Positions 19,650 through 29,909 of a stretch of DNA of 64,000 nt are shown here, piece after piece. This DNA comes from an uncultured Methanoregulaceae archaeon (GTDB taxonomy: Archaea; Halobacteriota; Methanomicrobia; Methanomicrobiales; Methanospirillaceae). A program made the translations under genes and the position numbers. The stretch is taken from positions 224,001 to 288,000 of the forward strand of contig CAWJAX010000002.1 in assembly GCA_963841015.1 (NCBI GenBank), read 5' to 3'. The first letter of the stretch is position 1, and each line of letters starts with the position of its first letter. The notes beneath the pieces were generated by a model. The model was not told the origin of the DNA. It saw nothing but the letters and a program-made list of their open reading frames with translations, and searched no databases.

Positions 19650-20520
19650 ATGTTCAAAAAAGTTCTGTTCCCCACAGATTTTTCAGAACCTGCAAAGTAT
19701 GAGCTCGATTGCATTACCAGTATTCCCGGTATCCGGGAAATAATCCTGCTCCACGTCATCAGGCAATATGCGATTCCCATGGGAGTTGAGACGGTCGAAA
19801 GCCTGGAAGTCCAGGCCACGGAAAAATACCTGCATGAAGCAAAAACTTATATCGCAACTCTCAACCCGGCTGATCCGGGTGACCCCTGATGAAACAACGT
19901 CAGCCGATATTGCAGGTGCAATTCTTGACAGGGCGGAAAAACATCATGTTGACCTCATTGTCATCCATGCGAATATAAAAAGCATCATGGCAGGTATGTT
20001 CCTGCGAAGCGTCCATGCAAAAGTCCTCTGCCGCATCAGCAGAATCAATGTCATGGTTATGCCCGCCAGACTTGTCAGGAACCTGACCGGGAAGATGTAT
20101 GAAAAGTTCTGCCCGATGATCTTCTCCCGTATCCTCTGTCCTGTCAATTTCTCTGAGTTCTCGTTGAAAACAGCAGCGCTTGCGGGCACGATGAAGGGGG
20201 TGGGAGAGATCATTCTCCTCCATGTAGTTCAGAAGATGGAACCGGATGAAGAATCCGAAGAGGCAGTAACATCAGCAAAAATCCGCATCAAAGCACTCAG
20301 TGACCAGCTGAGCGAACGAGGTATCAGATCCAGCGGTATTGTAGTGACGGGGAACCCCGAAGACGAGATTGCCCGGATTGCAGATGAGAAGGATGTATCC
20401 CTCATCTGGATGAGATCTGCGGGAAAAGGCTGTCTTCATGACTTCTTTTTTGGCAGCATGGTGCACAGTGTAGCCCTGCACTCGACACGGCCTGTGATTG
20501 TCATCCGGTCGTATGAATAA
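19650..20520 (+). CDS. Tandem universal stress protein (2x USP), apparent frameshift near 19870
   Basis: MFKKVLFPTDFSE first domain; FSRILCPVNFSE and FFFGSMVHSVALHSTRPVIV second domain; split over two frames. Confidence 0.85.
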
Positions 20521-20611
20521 CGGGTTTCACGTCCAATTAGGATTTTTTTATCTGCTCCCCCAGACTTCAGGGAGATAGTATAATAACCGGGAAATTAAAT
20601 TACGAGCTTAT

Positions 20612-20890
20612 ATGTCTGATACAGCTGCCCCGCCACTGTGGGCGGTACTGGGATCGCTTGGCAACATCATTTTATCCGTTGGTATGATATGGTACCTTCT
20701 TCTCTTTTTATCCTCGTGCAGCTCCTGTCCGGCACGGCCGTTCGCGTTCATCTTTATCGTCGCATTCGGGATAATTATCGCTCTTTCCGGATTTGAATTA
20801 TTCAGGCTCTTGTTTTATGAGAGAAAAAAATCCTGTCCGGTGTGTTCGCTGGTTGCAAAAATGATAGAAATTGATGGTAAAGTACCCTAA
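20612..20890 (+). CDS. Small two-TM protein with two CxxC motifs
   Basis: 92 aa; CSSC between TM helices, CPVC in tail. Confidence 0.55.
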   Translation: MSDTAAPPLWAVLGSLGNIILSVGMIWYLLLFLSSCSSCPARPFAFIFIVAFGIIIALSGFELFRLLFYERKKSCPVCSLVAKMIEIDGKVP

Positions 20891-21070
20891 GGTCAGACAA
20901 AGGGTTTCTTTACCCCATGGTTTTTTCCCTGTACCCCTGTGTTTTTTAGTGTTGCCAGATCCGGGTCCCCGGGCCTTCCGGAGATGTATCGATTGCAAAA
21001 GGGGTTATCACCCTCGATAAGAACAGAAATGAAAGATATTTATCCCGCATCAGGAAAAATCAATCAGGAT

Positions 21071-21790
21071 ATGCATATTCAATCGCTGAGGCTGCTCCAC
21101 GATACCTTTCCTGCTACAGATTGTTATCCGTTTAACCTGGAAATTTTTAAAAAGACCGAAGGCATGGAATTTGGCCTGCCGGTGACCTTCTTTATCGGGG
21201 AGAACGGGACCGGAAAATCAACGCTCCTCCGGGCTATCGCCCGCAGCTGCTCTATCCATATCTGGGAAGAGCATGTGGGAACAAAAGACCGCCACAACCG
21301 GTATGAAGATCTCCTGCACCAGTCTCTCCGGATCGATTGGACCGACGGGAAGGTCCCGGGATCGTTCTTTGCATCAGAAATTTTCCGTCATTTCGCCGAG
21401 ATCCTTGACCAGTGGGGCATGGCCGACCCTGACACCCTGAACTATTTCGGCGACGGGACCCTTGTAGTAAAGTCACATGGCCAGTCCCATATGAAATTTT
21501 TTGAAACCCGTTTTCAGAAAAAAGGACTCTATCTGCTGGACGAACCCGAGAATGCCCTGTCGCCAAGGATGCAGCTCGAATTGTTACGCCTGCTGCGACA
21601 GTTCAGCACCCGGGGAGACGTACAGTTCATTATCGCGACCCATTCCCCGATAATCCTTGCGTACCCGGATGCGGAGATCTACAGCTTTGATGGTAGTTGT
21701 ATTCACAAGGTCAATTACGAAGATACGGATTATTACCGGATCTACCGGGATTTCCTCAATAACCGGGAAAAGTACCTGGATGAGGTGTGA
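21071..21790 (+). CDS. Stand-alone ABC-type/AAA ATPase (COG3910-like)
   Basis: YPFNL, GENGTGKST Walker A, SHGQS signature, YLLDEPENALSP, ATHSPII. Confidence 0.88.
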   Translation: MHIQSLRLLHDTFPATDCYPFNLEIFKKTEGMEFGLPVTFFIGENGTGKSTLLRAIARSCSIHIWEEHVGTKDRHNRYEDLLHQSLRIDWTDGKVPGSFFASEIFRHFAEILDQWGMADPDTLNYFGDGTLVVKSHGQSHMKFFETRFQKKGLYLLDEPENALSPRMQLELLRLLRQFSTRGDVQFIIATHSPIILAYPDAEIYSFDGSCIHKVNYEDTDYYRIYRDFLNNREKYLDEV

Positions 21791-21971
21791 TGAGCAGGAG
21801 TATTGTTTTTTTGGATTAGGCATTGCCAGGGCACTGTCCGCTCCTTCGTTCTGCCTGAATTGACTGGATATTTTATGAACCGGCTGATTGTTACCCGTGC
21901 CTCTGTCGGCGATTACCTATAAATAGAGGAACCCCAAAGACCAATCGCTTACAGTATGGAGTACAGCTACT

Positions 21972-22571
21972 ATGGAGTTTGCAGAGATTGTGATGTCGCG
22001 GTATGCGACAAAGAAGTTTGACGGCAGAAAGATTCCTGAAACGAGGATCAACGAGCTTCTCGAGATGGTACGGTTCGCTCCGTCTGCCCTGAACCTCCAG
22101 CCCTGGAAGATTAAGGTAGTAACCGACCAGAACGTAAAAGAGCAGCTTAAACCTGCAGCATTCAACCAGGAACAGGTCACGAGCTGTTCGCATCTCTTTG
22201 TTTTCTGTGCAGATCCCGATTATGAGAGCCTCATCCGGAGGCTTGGAGCCCTCTTACAAAAGAGTGGTGCACCTGACGAGATGCAGAAGATGATCATCGG
22301 GATGGCGGTCCAGTTTACGCAGAACATGTCAAAGGACCAGAAACTGGCATGGTCCCAGGCCCAGACCTATCTTGCGCTGGGAAATGCCTTAAACGGTGCA
22401 AAATCACTCGGTTTTGATTCCTGTCCTATGGGGGGGTTCGACCCGGCAGAGTTTATTCGGATCCTTAAGATCCCCCCGCCCCTTGTTCCCACTATGCTCT
22501 GCCCGGTGGGGTACGCAGCTGACCAGCCGATGCAAAAAATACGATTTGCACGAGAGGAGATCGTGTTCTGA
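21972..22571 (+). CDS. Nitroreductase family NAD(P)H-dependent oxidoreductase
   Basis: RYATKKFD, APSALNLQPW, DSCPMGGFD, PVGY. Confidence 0.92.
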   Translation: MEFAEIVMSRYATKKFDGRKIPETRINELLEMVRFAPSALNLQPWKIKVVTDQNVKEQLKPAAFNQEQVTSCSHLFVFCADPDYESLIRRLGALLQKSGAPDEMQKMIIGMAVQFTQNMSKDQKLAWSQAQTYLALGNALNGAKSLGFDSCPMGGFDPAEFIRILKIPPPLVPTMLCPVGYAADQPMQKIRFAREEIVF

Positions 22572-22675
22572 ACCGGGGACAGTATCCTCGCCGGGAACAT
22601 CATCGAAATTACAATGCAGGAATAACAGGTATTACCCGGAATGTCGAGACCGGGATATGACATACAGGTGTTAGT

Positions 22676-23570
22676 GTGATGAAGCAGGACATGACGACTT
22701 TTTTGGAGCTTGTTCAGGAGGTCAGGATCGGCGAGCTGCTCAAAGGCGCTGGCGATAAGCGTTACGAAGCCAGTGGCGTCCACCTGAAGGATGGTTATCT
22801 CCACATCATTTTCGATGATGATCCCCACCTTTTGCGCCTCAAACCGGATTGGCGCCACGCGGGAGAGGAGCCTGTCCTGCTGGATTTGAAAGGGACAGGA
22901 TCTGGCTATGAAGATATCACGTATCAGTCTTCAACCAACCGGTGGTATTGTCTGATCGAGGCCGCCGAAACGAAGTCGGGGGTCTCCATGCCACGCGTCG
23001 ATGAGTTTGACGAATCGTTCACCTTTATCAAAAGCTACTGGTTGAACTTCCCGCTGAAAGCCGGCAACAAGGGTTTCGAAGGCTTGTCGATCCTGCGTTA
23101 TGCCGGGAACGATTACCTGCTCGGTCTGTGCGAGGGAAATGACTGCAAAAGCGGGAGATCCGGAGTTAAACCGGGAAAGGGACGTATCCAGGTCTTTTTG
23201 AGGGCTGCGGAAACCTGGGAGCATGTTGGAACCATCAGGCTGCCAAAAGCGGTGCGTTACAAGGACTACTCAAGCCTCGATTTCCAAAACGGTTATCTGA
23301 CGGTGATCTCGCAGGCTTCTTCGGCTATGTGGGTTGGGCGCATTCGTGCGCAGCCAGCCGGACTTGAAGATCCGTTCGAAGACGATGGCCAGTTGTTTCT
23401 GTTCCCACGCGACGATAAAGGTCGGATTATGTACCTGTAATCTGGAAGGTGTTACCTGGCTGGGAAACGACCGGCTGGCAGTTGTATCGGATAAAGGAAA
23501 GGCGAATCAGTCCAAACGCTGTGCCAGCACAGACCAATCGATCCACATCTTCAGACTACCCGCTGGCTGA
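22676..23570 (+). CDS. Hypothetical beta-propeller-like protein (YjiK/phytase-like), apparent frameshift near 23434
   Basis: YEASGV, GYEDI, NKGFEGL, DYSSL; C-terminal CNLEGVTW..VVSD in another frame. Confidence 0.65.
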
Positions 23571-23681
23571 AAGTATATCGTGCAAATTATTTTGTTTACC
23601 TACTCTCAAAACGTCGAATGGTTAAAAAAAACAATACGACACAGCAAAACTATTTTTGGCAGATACCAACAACAACTCCCC

Positions 23682-24572
23682 ATGGCAGGGATACGCAGCG
23701 GGGGGAAAGAACCATCACTCCGCGATCTTACCCGCGTCAACCTCACCAACCTTGACAGAGTTATGTTTCCTGCGCTTGCTATCACCAAACAGGAGGTCAT
23801 CACCTACTATGTCAGAATGGCCCCGCGTATCCTCCCCTTTGTTCATAACCGGCCGCTTACCATGCACCGGTTCCCCGGCGGGGTTGGGGGAGAAGCATTT
23901 TACGAGAAAGATGCCCCGCAGGGAACCCCGGACTATGTGGACATATTCACCCGGTATTCTGAGACTTCTGATCGCGAGGTCCATTTCATCCTGTGCAATA
24001 ACCTTGATACCCTCATCTGGCTTGCAAACCTCGCTTCCCTTGAACTCCATGTCACCCTCTCAGGAGCAGGGGCGTATGATTCCCCCGATCTCCTGCTGTT
24101 TGATATCGATCCGGAACCGCCTCTTTCGTTTGATGATACAATCGATGTCGCCCTTATTGTTCATGAACGGCTGGCAGAGGTCGGCATACAGTCATACGTG
24201 AAAACGTCGGGGAAAAAAGGACTCCATATAGTTGTCCCGCTGAAAGCCGGCTACCACTTCGAAGAGATCAGGACATTTGCCCATAATCTGGGAAAAAAAA
24301 TTGCCCGGGACACCCCGGGAGTGGTCTCGGAGTTCCCCCATTCGCAGGACCCCGGGACGATCTTCATCGACTACCTCCAGAACGCCCACGGGAAAACCAT
24401 GGCAGCTCCCTACAGCCTCAGGGCAACCGATAGCGCAACGGTATCCGCGCCACTCCGCTGGGACCAGCTCAGGCACGGGGTACGTCCCGAAGATTTTAAT
24501 ATACGGACAATGCTTTCAGGAAATGAAGACCCATGGAGGGGTATTTTTGACACCAGGCAGACAATCGGGTGA
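23682..24572 (+). CDS. ligD: NHEJ polymerase (LigD POL / primase-polymerase domain), stand-alone
   Basis: LTNLDRVMFP, HRFPGG, FYEKD, LFDIDP, KTSGKKGLH, FIDYLQN, APYSLRA. Confidence 0.93.
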   Translation: MAGIRSGGKEPSLRDLTRVNLTNLDRVMFPALAITKQEVITYYVRMAPRILPFVHNRPLTMHRFPGGVGGEAFYEKDAPQGTPDYVDIFTRYSETSDREVHFILCNNLDTLIWLANLASLELHVTLSGAGAYDSPDLLLFDIDPEPPLSFDDTIDVALIVHERLAEVGIQSYVKTSGKKGLHIVVPLKAGYHFEEIRTFAHNLGKKIARDTPGVVSEFPHSQDPGTIFIDYLQNAHGKTMAAPYSLRATDSATVSAPLRWDQLRHGVRPEDFNIRTMLSGNEDPWRGIFDTRQTIG

Positions 24573-24660
24573 TAAATCCGGCCACCGCTCATTACCGGGC
24601 AAAAGAAAAAAGAATGACACAGGAGCTTTACCCAAAGGAGCCGTGTCAATAACGGAAAAT

Positions 24661-25509
24661 ATGGAGGAAAAAAAGGACCAGCCCAAAACCATGGTCGTGC
24701 CCACACCCCCCCCGGATGAACCTGTACACACGGGGAAAGCAGGCAGGTCCTTCTGGAGCGGGAGCATCACGATCGGGCTGGTCAATGTGCCAGTCCGTCT
24801 GCATACGATGGTGAGGGACCGGTCGTTCTCGTTCCGGCTGCTTCACCGTGAAGACGGACAGCCGCTCAGGTATGACCGGGTCTGCACAAAAGACGGGCGG
24901 GTTATACCGTGGGCAGATACGGTAAAAGGGTATGAGGTGCGAAAAGGAGAATATGTGGTTTTTGAACCCGAAGAACTCAAAGCGGTCATGCCGGAATCTG
25001 ACCGGAAGATCAGGATTGAGAAATTTGTGTATTATCTTTCGCTTGACCCGATCTATTTTGAAACCCCGTACATCCTTGTTCCTGACCGGAGCGAGGAGGC
25101 GTACAGCCTGCTGGTCACTGCGCTCCAGGACCTTGGCCAGGCTGCAGTCGGGACAATAACTCTCCGGACAAAGGAGTATCCCGTGGTGGTGCATGTGTAC
25201 GGCGGGGGTCTCGTCCTGACAACCTTACGACACGCAGATGAAGTCACGTCTCCCCACGCATTTGAGGAACTGACCAGCCTTCCTGCCCCAAAGGAACGTG
25301 AGCTGGCGCTGGCAAAACGGATCATTGCCGAACTTTCCGGAGATTTTTCCATAACGGATTACCCTGACCACTACCAGGAAGCAGTCATGAGCCTTATTGA
25401 AAAGAAGCTTGCCGGTGAGAAGATTGTGCGGGAAGAACCTCACCCTGAAGAAGCAAAAGAGCTTATGCAGGCCTTACAGGAGACTATTGCCACGCTGGGC
25501 GGAAAATAA
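24661..25509 (+). CDS. ku: Prokaryotic Ku DNA end-binding protein
   Basis: RSFWSGSITIGLVNVPVRL, VKGYEV, DPIYFETPY, ELALAKRII, LMQALQETI. Confidence 0.95.
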   Translation: MEEKKDQPKTMVVPTPPPDEPVHTGKAGRSFWSGSITIGLVNVPVRLHTMVRDRSFSFRLLHREDGQPLRYDRVCTKDGRVIPWADTVKGYEVRKGEYVVFEPEELKAVMPESDRKIRIEKFVYYLSLDPIYFETPYILVPDRSEEAYSLLVTALQDLGQAAVGTITLRTKEYPVVVHVYGGGLVLTTLRHADEVTSPHAFEELTSLPAPKERELALAKRIIAELSGDFSITDYPDHYQEAVMSLIEKKLAGEKIVREEPHPEEAKELMQALQETIATLGGK

Positions 25510-25526
25510 CAATTTTTTGAGAGCAT

Positions 25527-27140
25527 ATGAAAACCCGATATCTCCCGATGCTCGCCCGGTCCGCAACCGGACCTTTCAACAGCGATGCCTGGCTTTTTGA
25601 GATCAAATGGGATGGTGTACGGGCAATAGCCTACATCAATGATACGCTGTCCCTGAAGAGCCGGAATGATTCGGAACTGGGAGGACAGTTCCCTGAGCTG
25701 GGCGAACTTTTAACCCTCGCACCCGGCACGGTGCTCGATGGGGAGATTGTTGCGATGAGGGGCGGGAAACCGGATATGCAGGCCCTTCTTTCCCGGCTGC
25801 AAACGGGGAGCGGAAGAATACCTCCTCACGGAGTGTCCGTTCCTGTCACCTACATCGTATTTGACATTCTCGAAAAAGATAAAAAACCGTTGACAGATCT
25901 CCCTTTTCTTAAAAGGCGAGAGATCCTGAAAACCGCAGTTGCGGAAGGCTCTCACGTTATCCTCTCTGTTCCGGTGGAAGGAAAAGGGGAGGACTACTAC
26001 CATGCAGCGATCTCAAAAGGTCTGGAAGGGATCATGGCAAAACGAAAAGACAGCCGGTATGAACCCGGGTTGCGGAGTGGTGCATGGCTGAAGGTAAAAG
26101 AACAGAAGACCTGTGACTGCGTGATCAGCGGGTATACGGCCGGAAAGGGAGCCCGCAGCGCTACGTTCGGGGCGCTCATTCTCGGTTTGTATGAAAACAA
26201 TGACGGGAATGTATCCTCTGGAGGGGGAACAGGCAGTCTTAACGCTCCGCACGATTCCCGTCCTGCCGGATCTGCAGGCAGAATACTGCTCTCTGTCGGT
26301 AAAGTCGGGACAGGATTTTCAGACCGCGATCGCGAAGCGCTCATGGAAACCTTCTCACAACTCAGGACCGCTACGCCGCAACTGCAGGGTATTAAACCCG
26401 ATAAGACGGTGGTCTGGCTCGAGCCGGTCCTTGTCGGTGAGGTGGCGTACCAGGAAGTTACACGGGACAGGAAACTGAGAATGCCCCGGTTCATCAGGAT
26501 CCGTTCTGATAAAAAACCCGGGGAGTGCACCACGGACCAGTTTTCAGGAATTGAGGCAGGCCCTTCACCAACAAGCACGTTCAGGAAAGAACCGATCCCT
26601 GCCAAGGCCAATACAGGAAGCACATCTAATGACAGGCCAGAAAACACAGAGATGGCACCAGAGGATCAGCACCCGGGACACCCCAACGGAGATGCGCTCA
26701 GGAGTTATCAGGAAAAGCGGAATTTTTCAATAACCCGGGAACCGGAAGGACCGAGAACAATGACAGAAGGAAATTCTTTTGTAATCCAGGAGCACCATGC
26801 GCACAGGCTGCATTACGATTTCCGCCTGGAACGCGACGGAGTGCTGAAAAGCTGGGCAGTGCCTAAGGGCATACCCGAGGTACCCGGTGAGAAACATCTT
26901 GCCGTGGCAGTGGAAGACCATCCTCTTGAATACGGGCACTTTGAGGGTACCATTGCCAAAGGCGAATACGGGGCGGGCACCGTTACCATCTGGGATGAGG
27001 GGACCTATGATACAAAACACTGGGCGGGTGATAAGATTGAAGTCATCCTCCACGGGCGCCGGTTGAGCGGCCATTATGTGCTTGTTCCCTTCAAACGTGC
27101 AGGGAAGAATGAATGGCTGATCTTTAAAGCTGGAGGATAA
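25527..27140 (+). CDS. ligD: NHEJ ATP-dependent DNA ligase fused to C-terminal 3'-phosphoesterase (LIG-PE)
   Basis: FEIKWDG adenylation motif, LDGEIV, EGIMAK, GKVGTGF, LRMPRF; then YQEKRNF..EP, FVIQEHHAHRLHYDFRLE, KSWAVPKG, EDHPLEY. Confidence 0.93.
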   Translation: MKTRYLPMLARSATGPFNSDAWLFEIKWDGVRAIAYINDTLSLKSRNDSELGGQFPELGELLTLAPGTVLDGEIVAMRGGKPDMQALLSRLQTGSGRIPPHGVSVPVTYIVFDILEKDKKPLTDLPFLKRREILKTAVAEGSHVILSVPVEGKGEDYYHAAISKGLEGIMAKRKDSRYEPGLRSGAWLKVKEQKTCDCVISGYTAGKGARSATFGALILGLYENNDGNVSSGGGTGSLNAPHDSRPAGSAGRILLSVGKVGTGFSDRDREALMETFSQLRTATPQLQGIKPDKTVVWLEPVLVGEVAYQEVTRDRKLRMPRFIRIRSDKKPGECTTDQFSGIEAGPSPTSTFRKEPIPAKANTGSTSNDRPENTEMAPEDQHPGHPNGDALRSYQEKRNFSITREPEGPRTMTEGNSFVIQEHHAHRLHYDFRLERDGVLKSWAVPKGIPEVPGEKHLAVAVEDHPLEYGHFEGTIAKGEYGAGTVTIWDEGTYDTKHWAGDKIEVILHGRRLSGHYVLVPFKRAGKNEWLIFKAGG

Positions 27141-27201
27141 GGGGCGTTACCACCATCGCCGGAAAAAGGAGCTGGTCCGGGTTGTTCCTCGCACAGTACC
27201 C

Positions 27202-27822
27202 TTACCGCGGGTTCCGCAGCATGGCTGTATGAACGATACCTGAATCCGGTAAAACCACCTGTTCAATCACCTGGAAACCATAGTGTTCGTACAGGCCGAT
27301 ATTGTTTTCATTCTGGGTATTGAGATAACAGGGAAGCTTCTGCATATCCAGCCATCCGAGCATAGGGGTGATCAGCCTGCTTGCAACCCTTTTCTTCTGG
27401 TATGCGGGATCCACACCGATAAAGAACAGGTAGTAATGGGAATACGGAGCATGTTTTTTATGAAGCACATCGATTTTTTTGGAAAAAGACATGAGGCGAT
27501 CCATTATTCCTTTCCCCAGGTGTTTTTGCAGTGCCATCCCTCCTGAACGGAATGCTCTCCAGAATGTTACTTCAGATTTCGCTGATGGCAGCCAGACAGC
27601 GACACCTTCTACAGCGGGAGAGGTTGTATAGACCTCGCCATAGTTCATACCGTACTGGAGTTCGAATTCGAAAAGATACCGTGAGAGTTCTTTTTTTGTG
27701 GCGATATCCGGTAGAAGGTGGGTTAGTTTCGGATCATCAAAAAATGCCCGGGTGAGCATTGCACCCGCTTGCCCGACCTGGTGCTTTGACAGCCGTACGA
27801 TATCTCCTTTGAGCTCCACCAT
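27202..27822 (-). CDS. GNAT family N-acetyltransferase
   Basis: RAFFDDP, GVAVW, YLFFIGVDPAYQKKRVAS, NIGLYEHYGF. Confidence 0.88.
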   Translation of the reverse strand: MVELKGDIVRLSKHQVGQAGAMLTRAFFDDPKLTHLLPDIATKKELSRYLFEFELQYGMNYGEVYTTSPAVEGVAVWLPSAKSEVTFWRAFRSGGMALQKHLGKGIMDRLMSFSKKIDVLHKKHAPYSHYYLFFIGVDPAYQKKRVASRLITPMLGWLDMQKLPCYLNTQNENNIGLYEHYGFQVIEQVVLPDSGIVHTAMLRNPR

Positions 27823-27886
27823 GACCCTTCACCGGGGAGCATTTGCATCCGTATTTTTATAAAAGTTTCCTTATTTAACCGGACGA

Positions 27887-28825
27887 TCACCTGTCGTTGT
27901 TCGTTTTTTTCCTGTTCTTGACCGGGGTCTCCAGACCGTTGTCTTCCTGTTCCATCTCCTTCTTTGCAGCAAGCAGAGCTTTCATGTTTTCACTGCTCAC
28001 TGAGGGGTACGAGAGCCTGAGGCGATCCAGTGTATCAGAGATTACCGAAGTGACCGCGAGGTGGGTGAACCATTTGTTGTCCGCAGGGATGATATACCAC
28101 GGTGCATGAGGAGTGCTCGTTGCATTGAACATATCCTGGTACGCGGCCATATATGCATCCCGGTATTTCATCTCCCCGATATCTTTTGCAGAGAACTTCC
28201 AGTGCTTTTCCGGCTCGTTAATCCTCTCAATGAACCGCTTTTTCTGCACTTCCGGGGAGACATGTAAGAAAAATTTCAGGACAATTATCCCATTATTCAC
28301 CAGATAATTTTCAAAACAGTTGATCTCATTGAACCGCCGCTCCCAGATAGTGTTGTCTTTTAAGTGCGGTGGGATCTGTTCATGCCCGAGAAGTTCAGGA
28401 TGAACCCGGACAACCAGGACCTCTTCATAATACGAGCGGTTGAAAATCCCGATGTTGCCCCGCCGCGGCAGGACCCTGGTATTCCGCCACAGGTAATCAT
28501 GGTCGAGTTCTTCTGCGCTGGGCACCTTGAAACTCGAGACCTCGACACCCTGGGGGTTCACTCCTGACATCACGTGCTTGATAGTGCTGTCTTTGCCCGC
28601 TGCATCCAGAGCCTGCAGGATGATAAGCAGGGCATAGGTATTCTGGGCGTACAGTATGTCCTGTTGTTCTGCCAGCAACCGGATCCCCTGTTCGAGAGCC
28701 TCACCGGTCTCCTCTTTTTTCACAAAATTACCCGTATAACCGGGATCATAATCCCTGATCAGGTCGATGTGTCTGCCCGGCTCGACGCGGAGTTCATCCA
28801 GGAGTATTTTTATTTCATTTTTCAT
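27887..28825 (-). CDS. ppk2: Polyphosphate kinase 2 family (class III-like)
   Basis: LQALDAAGKD, GVNPQG, HDYLWR, FNRSYYEEVL, WKFS, PWYIIPADNKW. Confidence 0.93.
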   Translation of the reverse strand: MKNEIKILLDELRVEPGRHIDLIRDYDPGYTGNFVKKEETGEALEQGIRLLAEQQDILYAQNTYALLIILQALDAAGKDSTIKHVMSGVNPQGVEVSSFKVPSAEELDHDYLWRNTRVLPRRGNIGIFNRSYYEEVLVVRVHPELLGHEQIPPHLKDNTIWERRFNEINCFENYLVNNGIIVLKFFLHVSPEVQKKRFIERINEPEKHWKFSAKDIGEMKYRDAYMAAYQDMFNATSTPHAPWYIIPADNKWFTHLAVTSVISDTLDRLRLSYPSVSSENMKALLAAKKEMEQEDNGLETPVKNRKKTNNDR

Positions 28826-28994
28826 ACTGCACCGTAATGCTGATTATAGTCTGATATCCTTAAATGCATCCTTACGTGACAGTATCAGGATTGGAAAGAC
28901 GCCTGAGCCTTAAAATGCGGACAGTAACCGAAAGGAAGAGACCCGCTCATCCTGGCTTTACCTATTAAAAAGCCGGAAAGCTTTTGCGTGGGCT

Positions 28995-29766
28995 TCAGGA
29001 AGAATGCACAGCGTTGCTCCGGGCAATCTTTGTTTTTACCTTGTCCCAGGTTTTCGTGATCAGGAAACTCTCTTCGCTATACCCAATCATCTTTTCAAAC
29101 TTTTTCATCGGGATGGCAAGGGTCAGGATATCCACCGGAACACACGGACGTGCTGAAGGATCGAACATCCCGAGTACTGCCCGGGGTTTATCACTCTGCT
29201 GTTCCACCCGGGGGTAGTGGATTATCGAGGAGCACCCGGAACCAAACGGGCAGATAACCCCGTTCGGGTCAGCCTGGTCGAAATTGGCGAGCGTGAACAG
29301 CGCCGACAGCACTTCAGGACGTGCATAGAAGATGACCACGGCCGGGTTGTCTTCTGGTGCAAGCTTATCCCAGCGCCTGAACGTATAGCACCTGCCGGCA
29401 GACTGGCAGGGAGACATGCCGGGCGTCGACCTCATCAACAATATCCGGTGTCCTTTTGTAACGCTCTCCCTCAACCACACCTGGTTTTCCTGAGGAGAGG
29501 AAGTACCGGAATTGTTCGTTGCGCTGCGTGTCATAACCCATATAAAACAGTCCCCCGCTGCAGGTAACAGACGTGCGGTCAAAGACAAGCGAGGTCCCTT
29601 TCCTCACCCGTGCAAGATCGCAGATCATGCAACGCCAGCCACCAGGAGTTTTGGCTTTCTCTGCAGTCCCGTCCCCCTCCCCGATCTCAAAGGTGATCGG
29701 CAGTTCCGCACCCGGGCAGTACTCCTGCCACAGCGTTATAAACCGGTCGCGAATCCCCATATCCAT
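28995..29766 (-). CDS. DUF169 family protein, apparent frameshift near 29402
   Basis: TCSGGLFYMG, EGERYKRTP, then PFGSGCSSI and LGMFDPSARP in a second frame. Confidence 0.8.
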
Positions 29767-29909
29767 GTGATGGTGTCTTCCCATGATCGATATAAAGGGA
29801 TCCTACGGCTGCATCAAAGGAAGGAGGACAACTTCACCAGCAGGCAGCGGATTCATCCATAAGGTATTCAAGAGATCCGGTACGACTAATAGGATCAGGA
29901 GTGTGGTGA

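Noticed and set aside
24277-24660. 128-aa N-terminal extension of Ku given by the ORF track
   Set aside because: Overlaps the LigD polymerase gene; Ku similarity begins after ATG 24661
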